A stretch of 24,885 nucleotides of DNA. Source: Fibrobacteria bacterium (GTDB taxonomy: Bacteria; Fibrobacterota; Fibrobacteria; UBA11236). The stretch is taken from the NCBI GenBank assembly GCA_043732185.1, contig JAYTHY010000102.1, forward strand, positions 1 through 24,885. The letters run 5' to 3'. The position numbers were made by a program, and so were the translations under genes. The notes beneath the pieces are model-generated. The model was not told the origin of the DNA. It did no database searches and saw nothing but the letters and a program-made list of their open reading frames with translations. Below, in pieces: positions 8,202-16,059 of the stretch (its first letter is position 1; each line of letters opens with the position of its first letter).

Positions 8202-9446
8202 TTATTGCAGGAACTTCAGGTAGGTTGCAAGGTTGACATCTTTTCCAGTGATATTGAGCTTTTTCCTGATATTGTTCCTATGGGTTTCCACGGTTCGTGT
8301 GGAAATAAAAAGCGCTTCGGAAATTTCCTTTGAACCAAATCCGTTTTTTATCATATTGCAAACATCGATCTCTTTCTGGGTAAGGCTGAGCATTTTGGAG
8401 GAAATAGTATTACCGAAACCGGAGGTGATTTCCTTCAGATTCGCCTCAAGCAGCATTGTGTAGTGTTCAGCGATTAAACTGCCTTTTCCTTTTAACATTT
8501 CAATCACCGGCATCATCAAGTTTTCCACATTCGCTTGGACCTGGGTTTGCAGCCTTTTTTTTTCATCGCGATTCTGATCCATGATTTCCCGCAAAGCAAC
8601 GTTCTTCTGTTCCAGTAAAAGGTTCTGTTCTGTCAGTTTTTCATCGCTTTCCCGTAGGACATTTTCAGCTTCCTTTCTCGCGGTGATGTCTCTAATATTG
8701 CATTGCACCACCTTTTTACCATCAACGAGGTAAACATTGCTGACAAACTCAAAATCTATAGGGCGCCCGTCCTTGGTTTGGAGAGGGAGGTTTTCGTAGT
8801 GGATAAAGCCTTTTTTCTGCAGGATTTTGAAATTCTCCCGACTAGATTCCACATCTTTCAGTGTTCCTATATCCCAGAGTTTCTTTCGAAGTATTTCCTC
8901 AAAGGTATATCCGAGCATTTCCAAAAGGTACGGGTTCGCATTGGTTATTTGCGCTGTTTCGGCATCGAGAAGCAGAATGCCATCCCGGCCGGCCTCAAAC
9001 AACCTTCGGTATCGGTTTTCCGATTCGCGCAACGCCGCTTCGGCTTTCTTATATTCTGTAATGTCTTTTCCAACACAAGCCAGGCCCAGTAATTCTCCCA
9101 TTTTGTCCCTCATGGGCAAGTAGGTCAGACTCAAAAATACCGAACTGCCCTCTTTATGCAATCCTTCCCATTCGATGGAAAAGGGTATTCCATGATTCAG
9201 AAATTCCAACTGGGTAGCTGCGTCCTTTTTCTTGTTATTGAGTTGGCTGATACGAGTAATAGGCTCACCAAGCATTTCGGCGGGTGAATACCCAAAGGTT
9301 CCTTGTGCCCCTTGGTTCCAATATGAAATATTGCCTAATAGGTCCGTAGCAATTACGCTGTCTTTGATATTGTCCAGGATAGTGGCATGAAAACGCCTGT
9401 CCCCTTCAATTTTGTGTAGTGCCGAAGTCTGTTCGGGATTGGTCAT
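8202..9446 (-). CDS. PAS-PAS-coiled coil-LuxR HTH transcriptional regulator
   Basis: Two PAS/PAC units ending KDIT and RDIT; LuxR HTH LTQKEIDVCNMIKNGFGSKEISEALFISTRTVETHRNNIRKKL; GGGGAG upstream of the start. Confidence 0.92.
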   Translation of the reverse strand: MTNPEQTSALHKIEGDRRFHATILDNIKDSVIATDLLGNISYWNQGAQGTFGYSPAEMLGEPITRISQLNNKKKDAATQLEFLNHGIPFSIEWEGLHKEGSSVFLSLTYLPMRDKMGELLGLACVGKDITEYKKAEAALRESENRYRRLFEAGRDGILLLDAETAQITNANPYLLEMLGYTFEEILRKKLWDIGTLKDVESSRENFKILQKKGFIHYENLPLQTKDGRPIDFEFVSNVYLVDGKKVVQCNIRDITARKEAENVLRESDEKLTEQNLLLEQKNVALREIMDQNRDEKKRLQTQVQANVENLMMPVIEMLKGKGSLIAEHYTMLLEANLKEITSGFGNTISSKMLSLTQKEIDVCNMIKNGFGSKEISEALFISTRTVETHRNNIRKKLNITGKDVNLATYLKFLQ

Positions 9447-9558
9447 TTCACATGGCTCCCCACTAAGAAATCAGGTTATAAGTCGGTATTCCATTCGTTT
9501 CTCATAAACGAGAATGAATTACTGGAATAAAGGCAAAACACCCCACTCCCTTAACAAA

Positions 9559-9574
9559 AGCAATAAGTATTCCA
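9559..9574 (-). promoter_or_regulatory. Candidate sigma54 (-24/-12) promoter of the PAS-LuxR gene
   Basis: Minus strand TGGAATACTTATTGCT: exact GG-N10-GC spacing and one mismatch to TGGCAYR-N4-TTGCW. Confidence 0.55.
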
Positions 9575-9667
9575 ATATCGGCGTGAATAAAGCTAACTGG
9601 GCATTTTTTCATTTTTTACAGTACCTTACGTAGGTATCCTATGTACTCCGTACGCTGCATTCTGGTG

Positions 9668-9695
9668 TTCAAATGGATAATCACGACGATATAAT
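9668..9695 (+). promoter_or_regulatory. Candidate sigma70-type promoter of the beta-helix gene
   Basis: TTCAAA-N16-TATAAT, followed by AGGAGG (9708-9713) and ATG 9720. Confidence 0.45.
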
Positions 9696-9719
9696 AATCG
9701 CATGGCTAGGAGGGTTTGG

Positions 9720-11315
9720 ATGAAGAAAAAATGGCTCGCTTACCTTGGCACTATTCTTTTGACCACCATGCTGATTTCAGGCAATACCTACTATATCGAC
9801 TATACCGGTGGACAGGACGCGAATTCCGGGACTTCAAAGTCATTGCCCTGGAAAAAATGCCCCGGAATGAACGGCTTTAAGGCCAACTATTCCCATCAAC
9901 CGGGAGACGTATACATTTTGAAGGGTGGAGTGGTATGGCTTTCCGATGCGCTTCCCATGGCCATAGCATCCAGTGGTTCTGCCGGCAATCCGGACTCCTA
10001 TACAACCGATCATCAATGGTTCTCGGGATCCCATTGGATGCAACCGACCCTGGACGGACAACTTTTCGGCCAAACCTTGCTTTTCGCAACCGGCGCGGCG
10101 TATTTCAGAATCAACGATATCCGATTTATCAATGCCGGTTCCCTTTCGGCAAACAGCATTAAGGGCGTGGATATTTCCAATTGCACTCACATGGAAATCT
10201 CCAATAACACTTTTGCCCTGGAAAGCTGGGGGGCGCTTTATATATGGACTACGCAACCGAAAACTTTCAATGATTACCTGATCCACCACAATGATATTTC
10301 CAAATCCGCCTTTGGCATGAGAATTGTGCCCAGCGGGCCAGCCTCCATAATCCAAAACGTGCAGGTCTATAACAACAGCCTTCATGACTTCCATTCGCAA
10401 TTATCTGGCGAAGTCCATGGAGATGGAATCCAGCACTATTGCTCTCCTGACAATGCCGATTCGAAAGATCGCTATATCGAAGGGTTTAAAATTTTCAATA
10501 ACAGCTTCACCGGGGATTTCACCCAGGTATCAGGCAGCCTAGGCGCTATGACGGCTCTGATTTATTTGAGCGGTTCCTCCAAAGGCGTTGAGATTTACAA
10601 CAACTTATTCGCCCCGGAATGCGTGGGTAAGCAGAGCCCGAACTTCTTCGAATCCTTTATTTCGCTCCGGGACAACCCCAACCGGGGAGGGGGGCATAAA
10701 ATCTATAACAATACCTTCGTCACCGCGGTTCCCGACGGGCAGTCGGCGGCGCTTCTCGAAGACGATACCCGATTTCCTTCGCCAAATCTCGATATCAAGA
10801 ACAATATTTTCAAAGGCTTCCAGTGGCCGTTCGATCTTCGTTCCCTCAGCCATACTTTCGACAATAACGATCTTCAATTCACCAGAAATGTGGGTAAGTG
10901 GAATGGCCAGTGGGTGGCAACTTTCCAGGACTGGCAAAAATTAGGGAACGACATTCATGGAATCAATGCGGATCCGATGTTAGTATCGTCCAACAATTTC
11001 CACCTTCTGCCCGGATCCCCTTGTGTAAATCACGGAACGATCTTGGGCGAGGCCTACGCCATTGATCGAGAAGGAATATTGCGACCCCAGGGCTTCTCCT
11101 TCGATATGGGAGCTTCGGAATCGGTAGAACAAAAAGTTTCAACATCTGTAGCCGCCAACCCAGTTTCTCAATCAGCGGAACCTTCCGGTTCACCTTTGAG
11201 CGATAAGATCCGTCTCTATGACGTAAATGGCAGGTTGGTGAATTCAGGGAAGAGCCCCGTAACATTCCAGCGAAAGTATTCCAACCCCAAGGATTTGATC
11301 CCAGTTTCAAAATAA
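9720..11315 (+). CDS. Secreted right-handed parallel beta-helix (pectin lyase-like fold) protein, possibly polysaccharide-active, with a C-terminal secretion-like tail
   Basis: AGGAGG before MKKKWLAYLGTILLTTMLISG; TYYID...G.D.NSG.S...PWK cap; repeated I.NN.F coils; VHGDGIQ; ADPML...FHLLPGSPCVNHG...RPQG..FDMGA (choice-of-anchor Q-like); S/P-rich linker then IRLYDVNGRLV. Confidence 0.82.
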   Translation: MKKKWLAYLGTILLTTMLISGNTYYIDYTGGQDANSGTSKSLPWKKCPGMNGFKANYSHQPGDVYILKGGVVWLSDALPMAIASSGSAGNPDSYTTDHQWFSGSHWMQPTLDGQLFGQTLLFATGAAYFRINDIRFINAGSLSANSIKGVDISNCTHMEISNNTFALESWGALYIWTTQPKTFNDYLIHHNDISKSAFGMRIVPSGPASIIQNVQVYNNSLHDFHSQLSGEVHGDGIQHYCSPDNADSKDRYIEGFKIFNNSFTGDFTQVSGSLGAMTALIYLSGSSKGVEIYNNLFAPECVGKQSPNFFESFISLRDNPNRGGGHKIYNNTFVTAVPDGQSAALLEDDTRFPSPNLDIKNNIFKGFQWPFDLRSLSHTFDNNDLQFTRNVGKWNGQWVATFQDWQKLGNDIHGINADPMLVSSNNFHLLPGSPCVNHGTILGEAYAIDREGILRPQGFSFDMGASESVEQKVSTSVAANPVSQSAEPSGSPLSDKIRLYDVNGRLVNSGKSPVTFQRKYSNPKDLIPVSK

Positions 11316-11325
11316 ATTCGCCGGT

Positions 11326-11354
11326 TAGCCTGCACCCAGGACGGATGCAGTCTA
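11326..11354 (-). terminator. Imperfect hairpin between convergent genes, possible terminator
   Basis: TAGACTGCATCC-GTCCT-GGGTGCAGGCTA on the minus strand, starting at the wzc stop; no clear U-tract. Confidence 0.35.
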
Positions 11355-13748
11355 GCGTGTGTAATAACTCGAATAGCGCCGATAGGATCCAACGGAGTTC
11401 AGCGACGCACGGTTGAGTATATAACCCATCACCTTTTGGGGCAATTGATCAAATTCATTGATCCGGTTGACTAAATCCGCAACCCTGGTTTTTCCGTAAC
11501 GGACCACAAAAAGGTAGTTCGTGAAGACATTCTGAAGGACGGCAGCGTCCGAAACCGCTCCAAGCGGAGGCGTGTCAATGACAACATAATCCATATATTT
11601 CATGCAGAATTTTTTGAACTCCAACATGCGCGGTGAGGAGAGGAGGGCGCCAGGATTTGTCGATTCCATACTGGCTGGTAAAAGGAACAAGTTGGGAATC
11701 ACGGATTTAACCAAATACCGTTGGCAATCATCATCGCTGAGAGGGCCGGGGTTGGAAAGCATGGATGCGAACCCACCGGAGTCGGGAAGGTTGAAAGTCT
11801 CGGCAACTGTGCCCCTGCGTAAATCCCCATCCACCAAAAGCGTGCGGTTCCCTCGTAAAGCGTAGGATACCGCCAGATTGGAGCTGATTGTGGATTTTCC
11901 GGCGCCATCTTCAAGACTCGACACGAGCATGATCTTGTTGTCGGACTTCAGTAGGTGCAAATTGATTTTTATTTGCAATGCGTCAAAGATTTCCCGGGTA
12001 AAGATTGGATTGCAGGGAACGTTTATCAATTGGCGCAAACCGTATTTTCCCTTTACAGGGCCTGCCTTGGCTTGATTAAACGCTGGAACCGACTCAAGCA
12101 CCTGGCGGCCGGTGACGCTTTCAAGTTGTCTTTGCGAACGCACCGATTTATCGAAAAAATCATATCCCAGCACTGGTACTACGCTAACCACAATGGAAAG
12201 CAAAATGAAAAGGAAGAAAAGCTGGCTGTTATTTACCGGCGGCGCCAGTGGCGCCACGGCATAGTCCATGACATAGAAGTCGGTTACGGAAACCGCATCT
12301 TCGACTTTCGCTTTATTAAAACTGCTGAGGACGGCCGAATAAATATCCGAGAAAATCTGTTGTTTTCGTTGCAGCTCTCCCAATTGCATTTCAAGAGCAG
12401 GAAGCTTCCGCAATTTGACTGATAACTGCTCCCCGGTCCTGTTTTTCTGTAGGATATCCGTTTTACCTTTATTGATGAATTTATCCAGGGCCGTTATGAT
12501 TGTCGTGGCCACCCTATTAATATTCCTTTTGTTTTCCAATACCAGGGGATGTTCCAGTCCATAGCTCTCGTTCAGTTTTAATTGTTGTTCCATCAAGTGG
12601 TCGAGATCTTCCTTAAGCGTTCGCCCCACCGGAATCGCATTTGCAGCCAGGAAATCCGCGATTACTCTGGCCAGCTGTAGGATTTGGCTTGAATCTGCGC
12701 TTTGGTATTCTTGTTTCAGGTTTTCGGCATAGGAAATATCGGAAGCACGTCCCTGTATTCCGTTATCGAGCCGCGCCAGATTGCTCACCGTCTCTTGAGT
12801 CTGCTGGGTTAGCCCGACTTGCGGATTGAGGGAACGGAAATCACGCATTTTTTCATCGGCGGCCGCAAGATTGGCTTGGGAAATTTCCAGTTGCTTATCA
12901 AGCGAACCGACAATCCCACGCGCGCGCTGCTGTCGATAACTGAAATTCTTATCGATAAAGCCATCTGCTATGGTATTGGCCGTTGTTGCGGCTAGGGCAT
13001 AATCTCGGCTTTCCAGTAGTACAGCGATGTAATTAATGCCTTTCTCAGGATCCGCGCGTTTTATAGTCAGGCTCCTATACACATCTTCCACGGCGACGCG
13101 AATGTCAACGACCTGAAAATCAAAATCACGTGGTTGACTGCGTTGGGAACGGCTGAATTTGAATTCCATACCCGGCATTCGCACAATGGAATCCCTTACC
13201 CAATTGCCAGCCACCAGGTTTTTGAATTTAGTCCCAGGCAAGACACCGATAAGCGGCACGGATATGGCCGAAGTGTCATAATATAAAACGTAGAATTGGC
13301 CTTTCTTTTTGAGGTTGAAATGAACTGAATAGGTTCCGCAAGGCGCGGTAGAGTCGGTTTTCATCAGTTCAAACATGGATTCACGCGCATACGGTTTCGT
13401 CCAGACCTGCAAGGATAGCTTTTGAACCACTCCCCTCAGAAATGTACGGCTCATCATAATATCTTCACGTCCAAGGTTGGATGTCACCCCAACTTTTAGT
13501 CCCGAAACATCCGTTGCATGTTCCATGCCAATCAGGGTCCGGGCAGAAAGCTTAGGGTTTTCCGGCCGCATAATGAGGAATACATAGGCAAGTGCAACCA
13601 ACAATACCAATGGGCCTGCAAGGATAACCCACCACTTGGTCCGGGAAAACAGGTGCTGATAATGTTCCGCATCTCGGATTGGAGGCTTTGGCGGGTTGAC
13701 GGTGGCAATCGTCGGATTCTTTGCTTGGTTAGGAACTACCGCGATCAT
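11352..13748 (-). CDS. wzc: Polysaccharide co-polymerase / BY tyrosine autokinase (Wzc/GumC family)
   Basis: Two TM helices around a coiled-coil periplasmic region; Walker A SSLEDGAGKST, A' LLVDGDLRRG, B VVIDTPP; Tyr cluster SYRRYSSYYTR; ATGA overlap with the upstream gene. Confidence 0.93.
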   Translation of the reverse strand: MIAVVPNQAKNPTIATVNPPKPPIRDAEHYQHLFSRTKWWVILAGPLVLLVALAYVFLIMRPENPKLSARTLIGMEHATDVSGLKVGVTSNLGREDIMMSRTFLRGVVQKLSLQVWTKPYARESMFELMKTDSTAPCGTYSVHFNLKKKGQFYVLYYDTSAISVPLIGVLPGTKFKNLVAGNWVRDSIVRMPGMEFKFSRSQRSQPRDFDFQVVDIRVAVEDVYRSLTIKRADPEKGINYIAVLLESRDYALAATTANTIADGFIDKNFSYRQQRARGIVGSLDKQLEISQANLAAADEKMRDFRSLNPQVGLTQQTQETVSNLARLDNGIQGRASDISYAENLKQEYQSADSSQILQLARVIADFLAANAIPVGRTLKEDLDHLMEQQLKLNESYGLEHPLVLENKRNINRVATTIITALDKFINKGKTDILQKNRTGEQLSVKLRKLPALEMQLGELQRKQQIFSDIYSAVLSSFNKAKVEDAVSVTDFYVMDYAVAPLAPPVNNSQLFFLFILLSIVVSVVPVLGYDFFDKSVRSQRQLESVTGRQVLESVPAFNQAKAGPVKGKYGLRQLINVPCNPIFTREIFDALQIKINLHLLKSDNKIMLVSSLEDGAGKSTISSNLAVSYALRGNRTLLVDGDLRRGTVAETFNLPDSGGFASMLSNPGPLSDDDCQRYLVKSVIPNLFLLPASMESTNPGALLSSPRMLEFKKFCMKYMDYVVIDTPPLGAVSDAAVLQNVFTNYLFVVRYGKTRVADLVNRINEFDQLPQKVMGYILNRASLNSVGSYRRYSSYYTR

Positions 13749-14512
13749 CGGCTCAATACCAATAGCGTTACGGCGAGCGTTCCCGTAGCGAGGAGAGTGG
13801 AAAGGATTAAGCTTATCATTGGAAGTCTATCCCGCTTGGTAAGTATGGTAATGCATATTTGGTCGCCGGATTTAATTCCTAATGCCAATAATGACTTGCT
13901 CCCCTCGACATTGGAAGTCATGTCCTTGGCCATCACTTGGCCACCGCGCTCCCAGCGAAGCAGTTTTAGGCCATCATCGCGAATGGTTCCCTGGGAAGCA
14001 CTAAGCGCGTCGGAAAATGTGCCCATGGGGTTTACCTTATGCATACCCGGATTGATAAAGCCCCCCAGAAAGGAAAGACGAATAATGGGTTCTATCTGGA
14101 TGGTCGGATAGGCCAGGTATTTTGAGTAGCGTTTGGTGAGATTCTCGGTCAAGGCAGCGATTGACAGGTTTGTGACTTGGACTAAACCTAGAACCGGAAG
14201 CATGGCGAATCCATTTTCCAAAATTAAATAGTCGCCCGTAATGAATTGGGCAGTATCTGGAAAAGCCTTGAGACGGATTATGTCTCCTACCCCGATCCAT
14301 GTGGATAGAGGAAGATATAGTACCGCCTGAGGGACCGCGGGAGTTTCATGATACACCCGTGCCGAATCCCCATAGGCTTGGTTCTCGTAGGCGAATACAT
14401 TCGTAAAGGGAAATACGCCTCCGATCCACAGCGTCAAGGCAATTGACAATCTGAATAAGAAATGGAAATGGCGCTTGCCGGAGTGAATGTTACGATGCAG
14501 TTTATGTTTCAT
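13745..14512 (-). CDS. wza: Polysaccharide export (OPX/Wza-like) protein with Poly_export and SLBB domains
   Basis: IGVGDIIRL...ILENGFAMLPVLGLVQVTNLSI..L...L...YSKYLAYPTI (PES motif); FLGGFINPG...DALSASQG; IKSGDQI; hydrophobic C-terminal helix; coupled to wzc. Confidence 0.85.
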   Translation of the reverse strand: MKHKLHRNIHSGKRHFHFLFRLSIALTLWIGGVFPFTNVFAYENQAYGDSARVYHETPAVPQAVLYLPLSTWIGVGDIIRLKAFPDTAQFITGDYLILENGFAMLPVLGLVQVTNLSIAALTENLTKRYSKYLAYPTIQIEPIIRLSFLGGFINPGMHKVNPMGTFSDALSASQGTIRDDGLKLLRWERGGQVMAKDMTSNVEGSKSLLALGIKSGDQICITILTKRDRLPMISLILSTLLATGTLAVTLLVLSR

Positions 14513-14526
14513 ACCCAAGTACGATA

Positions 14527-14542
14527 AGCAAGGATCAAGCCA
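14527..14542 (-). promoter_or_regulatory. Candidate sigma54 promoter of wza-wzc
   Basis: Minus strand TGGCTTGATCCTTGCT: GG-N10-GC with TGGC and TTGCT cores, one mismatch to TGGCAYR-N4-TTGCW. Confidence 0.65.
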
Positions 14543-14644
14543 TACTTATCCCTTTCTTTTCCGTTCAGCATTCCAATGAGTTGGAAAGTAATGTGTTCAT
14601 TATCCCCGAATCCTTTTCCCCAGGTGACGTGAGCTATGCATTTG

Positions 14645-14661
14645 TAAGAATCGTTTTCTTA
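14645..14661. promoter_or_regulatory. Palindrome TAAGAA-N5-TTCTTA, candidate enhancer (UAS)
   Basis: Perfect inverted repeat about 137 bp upstream of the predicted wza start site; same pattern as 15957-15973. Confidence 0.55.
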
Positions 14662-14679
14662 GATATAAGGAAATTGCCA

Positions 14680-15726
14680 CTAGGAAAATTTGGACCTTCT
14701 CCTTTCATACATGTCTTTATCTGCCCGTTCAATCAAGCCAGAGATGCAATCACTGTCAGAGAAGTTGAATTTGGAAATACCCACGCTTATTGACAAAGCA
14801 CGTTCCCGGTCCGTTTTCCGGTTTCTATTTTCAACTATGGAGTCAAGCCGCCCTAAGAATTCCCTATGAGGGTCCTCTGCATTGTCCATAGTCAATACTG
14901 TGAATTCATCCCCGCCTATTCGCGCGATCAAGTCCGATTCTCTGAAGGCGCCTTTCAAAACTTGGGACAGGCTGACAAGCATATTGTCTCCCTCATGATG
15001 TCCATATGTATCGTTAATCCTTTTGAGTCCGTCCACGTCGATAAAGAAAACCAGGACGGAGTGGTTCATTTGTGCGGCGACCCGTAATTGCTGCTCGGCT
15101 AATTCCATGAACCCGCGGCGGTTGTAAAGGTTCGTCAAGGCATCAATCATTGAATGTCGACGGTTTTCAATGGAGATCGTCAAACTCTTGCTCTCTTCAT
15201 GTTTTCGCCAGGTGATGTCGAGTAGAAATCCAGATTGCCGGATGGTTCCCTTGGTAATTCCCTGATGGACGGTCGTCATATTCAACACCCATCGCAGTGA
15301 ACCATCCTTGTGAAGTATTCTATGCTCAATGGATTTGCAATACATGGGTTGTTCCAGACCATGAATAAATTCCAAAACGCGCTCACGGTCCTCTGCATGG
15401 ATCATTTGTACCCATAAGAATTGATTCTCGGAAAATTCAGCCGGTGTGTAGCCGGTAATTTCCTCACATCTCGGACTATGGAAAATATTGGTGATTTTTC
15501 CATCAAAGAATTCGATGCTATAAAGATATTCCGGAACCTCATTGACCAGGATTTTGAAGCGTTCCTCATCCAAGATGGCTACCGATTTCTGTTCCATATT
15601 CAGAAGTAATCTCAGTTCCGCAATCTCCCTATGCAAACCTGCCAGTTCCGATAGACGAGCATTTTCAGATTCGTCATTTCCATACATGTCAAATTCCATT
15701 TCCATGACTACCGAAATGCCGGGCAA
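14680..15726 (-). CDS. PAS-GGDEF diguanylate cyclase
   Basis: PAS/PAC (IHAEDRERV, EHRILHKDGSLRWV, DIT), DALTNLYNRRGF, IDVDGLKRINDTYGHHEGD, I-site RESD and an intact RIGGDEF. Start uncertain (TTG 15726 or ATG 15705/15699/15687). Confidence 0.95.
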   Translation of the reverse strand: MPGISVVMEMEFDMYGNDESENARLSELAGLHREIAELRLLLNMEQKSVAILDEERFKILVNEVPEYLYSIEFFDGKITNIFHSPRCEEITGYTPAEFSENQFLWVQMIHAEDRERVLEFIHGLEQPMYCKSIEHRILHKDGSLRWVLNMTTVHQGITKGTIRQSGFLLDITWRKHEESKSLTISIENRRHSMIDALTNLYNRRGFMELAEQQLRVAAQMNHSVLVFFIDVDGLKRINDTYGHHEGDNMLVSLSQVLKGAFRESDLIARIGGDEFTVLTMDNAEDPHREFLGRLDSIVENRNRKTDRERALSISVGISKFNFSDSDCISGLIERADKDMYERRRSKFS

Positions 15727-15956
15727 GATTATTCCACTCGACTCCGGAAAATCTTACTCCCTTACTTAAGCTGGATTTTTACCTTAGATCTTACAAGGAG
15801 TATTTCGGGAATATTCTTCTAACGAGTGATAAAAGTCCGCCTCATGGATTGACATCTAAAACTTCGCTATAAACCCTGCCGCCATTTTGGATCGCCCGAT
15901 TCCGCTGCGATCTTCGTCCCACGCGATAAGGGAGCATTTGCAGGTATTCGTGTTAT

Positions 15957-15973
15957 TGAGAAAAAGGTTCTCA
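15957..15973. promoter_or_regulatory. Palindrome TGAGAA-N5-TTCTCA, candidate enhancer (UAS)
   Basis: Perfect inverted repeat about 93 bp upstream of the predicted start site of the plus-strand EPS operon. Confidence 0.55.
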
Positions 15974-16031
15974 CTATTAAGAAAAAACCCTGAAAGCCAC
16001 CGGAATCTTTTGGAAAATTATAATTGCAGTC

Positions 16032-16047
16032 AGGCATGGCGATTGCT
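16032..16047 (+). promoter_or_regulatory. Candidate sigma54 promoter of the EPS biosynthesis operon
   Basis: AGGCATGGCGATTGCT: GG-N10-GC, matching TGGCAYR-N4-TTGCW except for the first base. Confidence 0.6.
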
Positions 16048-16059
16048 TTATTAGAGAAT

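Noticed and set aside
9448..9453. ATG-TGA start-stop minigene just before the LuxR start
   Set aside because: Only 2 nt from GGAG; the spacing fits ATG 9446 instead.
9579..9594. CGGCGTGAATAAAGCT, a GG-N10-GC on the plus strand
   Set aside because: Lacks TT before GC, overlaps the region of a better opposite-strand site, and a sigma70-like promoter explains the gene.
13518..14111. 197-aa plus-strand ORF
   Set aside because: Antisense to wza/wzc, with no motifs.
15722..15736. TGGAATAATCTTGCC sigma54-like site on the minus strand
   Set aside because: GG-GC spacing is 9 rather than the strict 10.
15849..15873. TTGACA...TATAAA sigma70-like pair
   Set aside because: The spacer is only 13 bp.
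15895..15945. GCAAA...GTGGGACG on the minus strand, resembling a c-di-GMP-I riboswitch upstream of the cyclase
   Set aside because: Lacks the GNRA-capped stem, the GCAAA junction after GAC, and the tetraloop-receptor stem.
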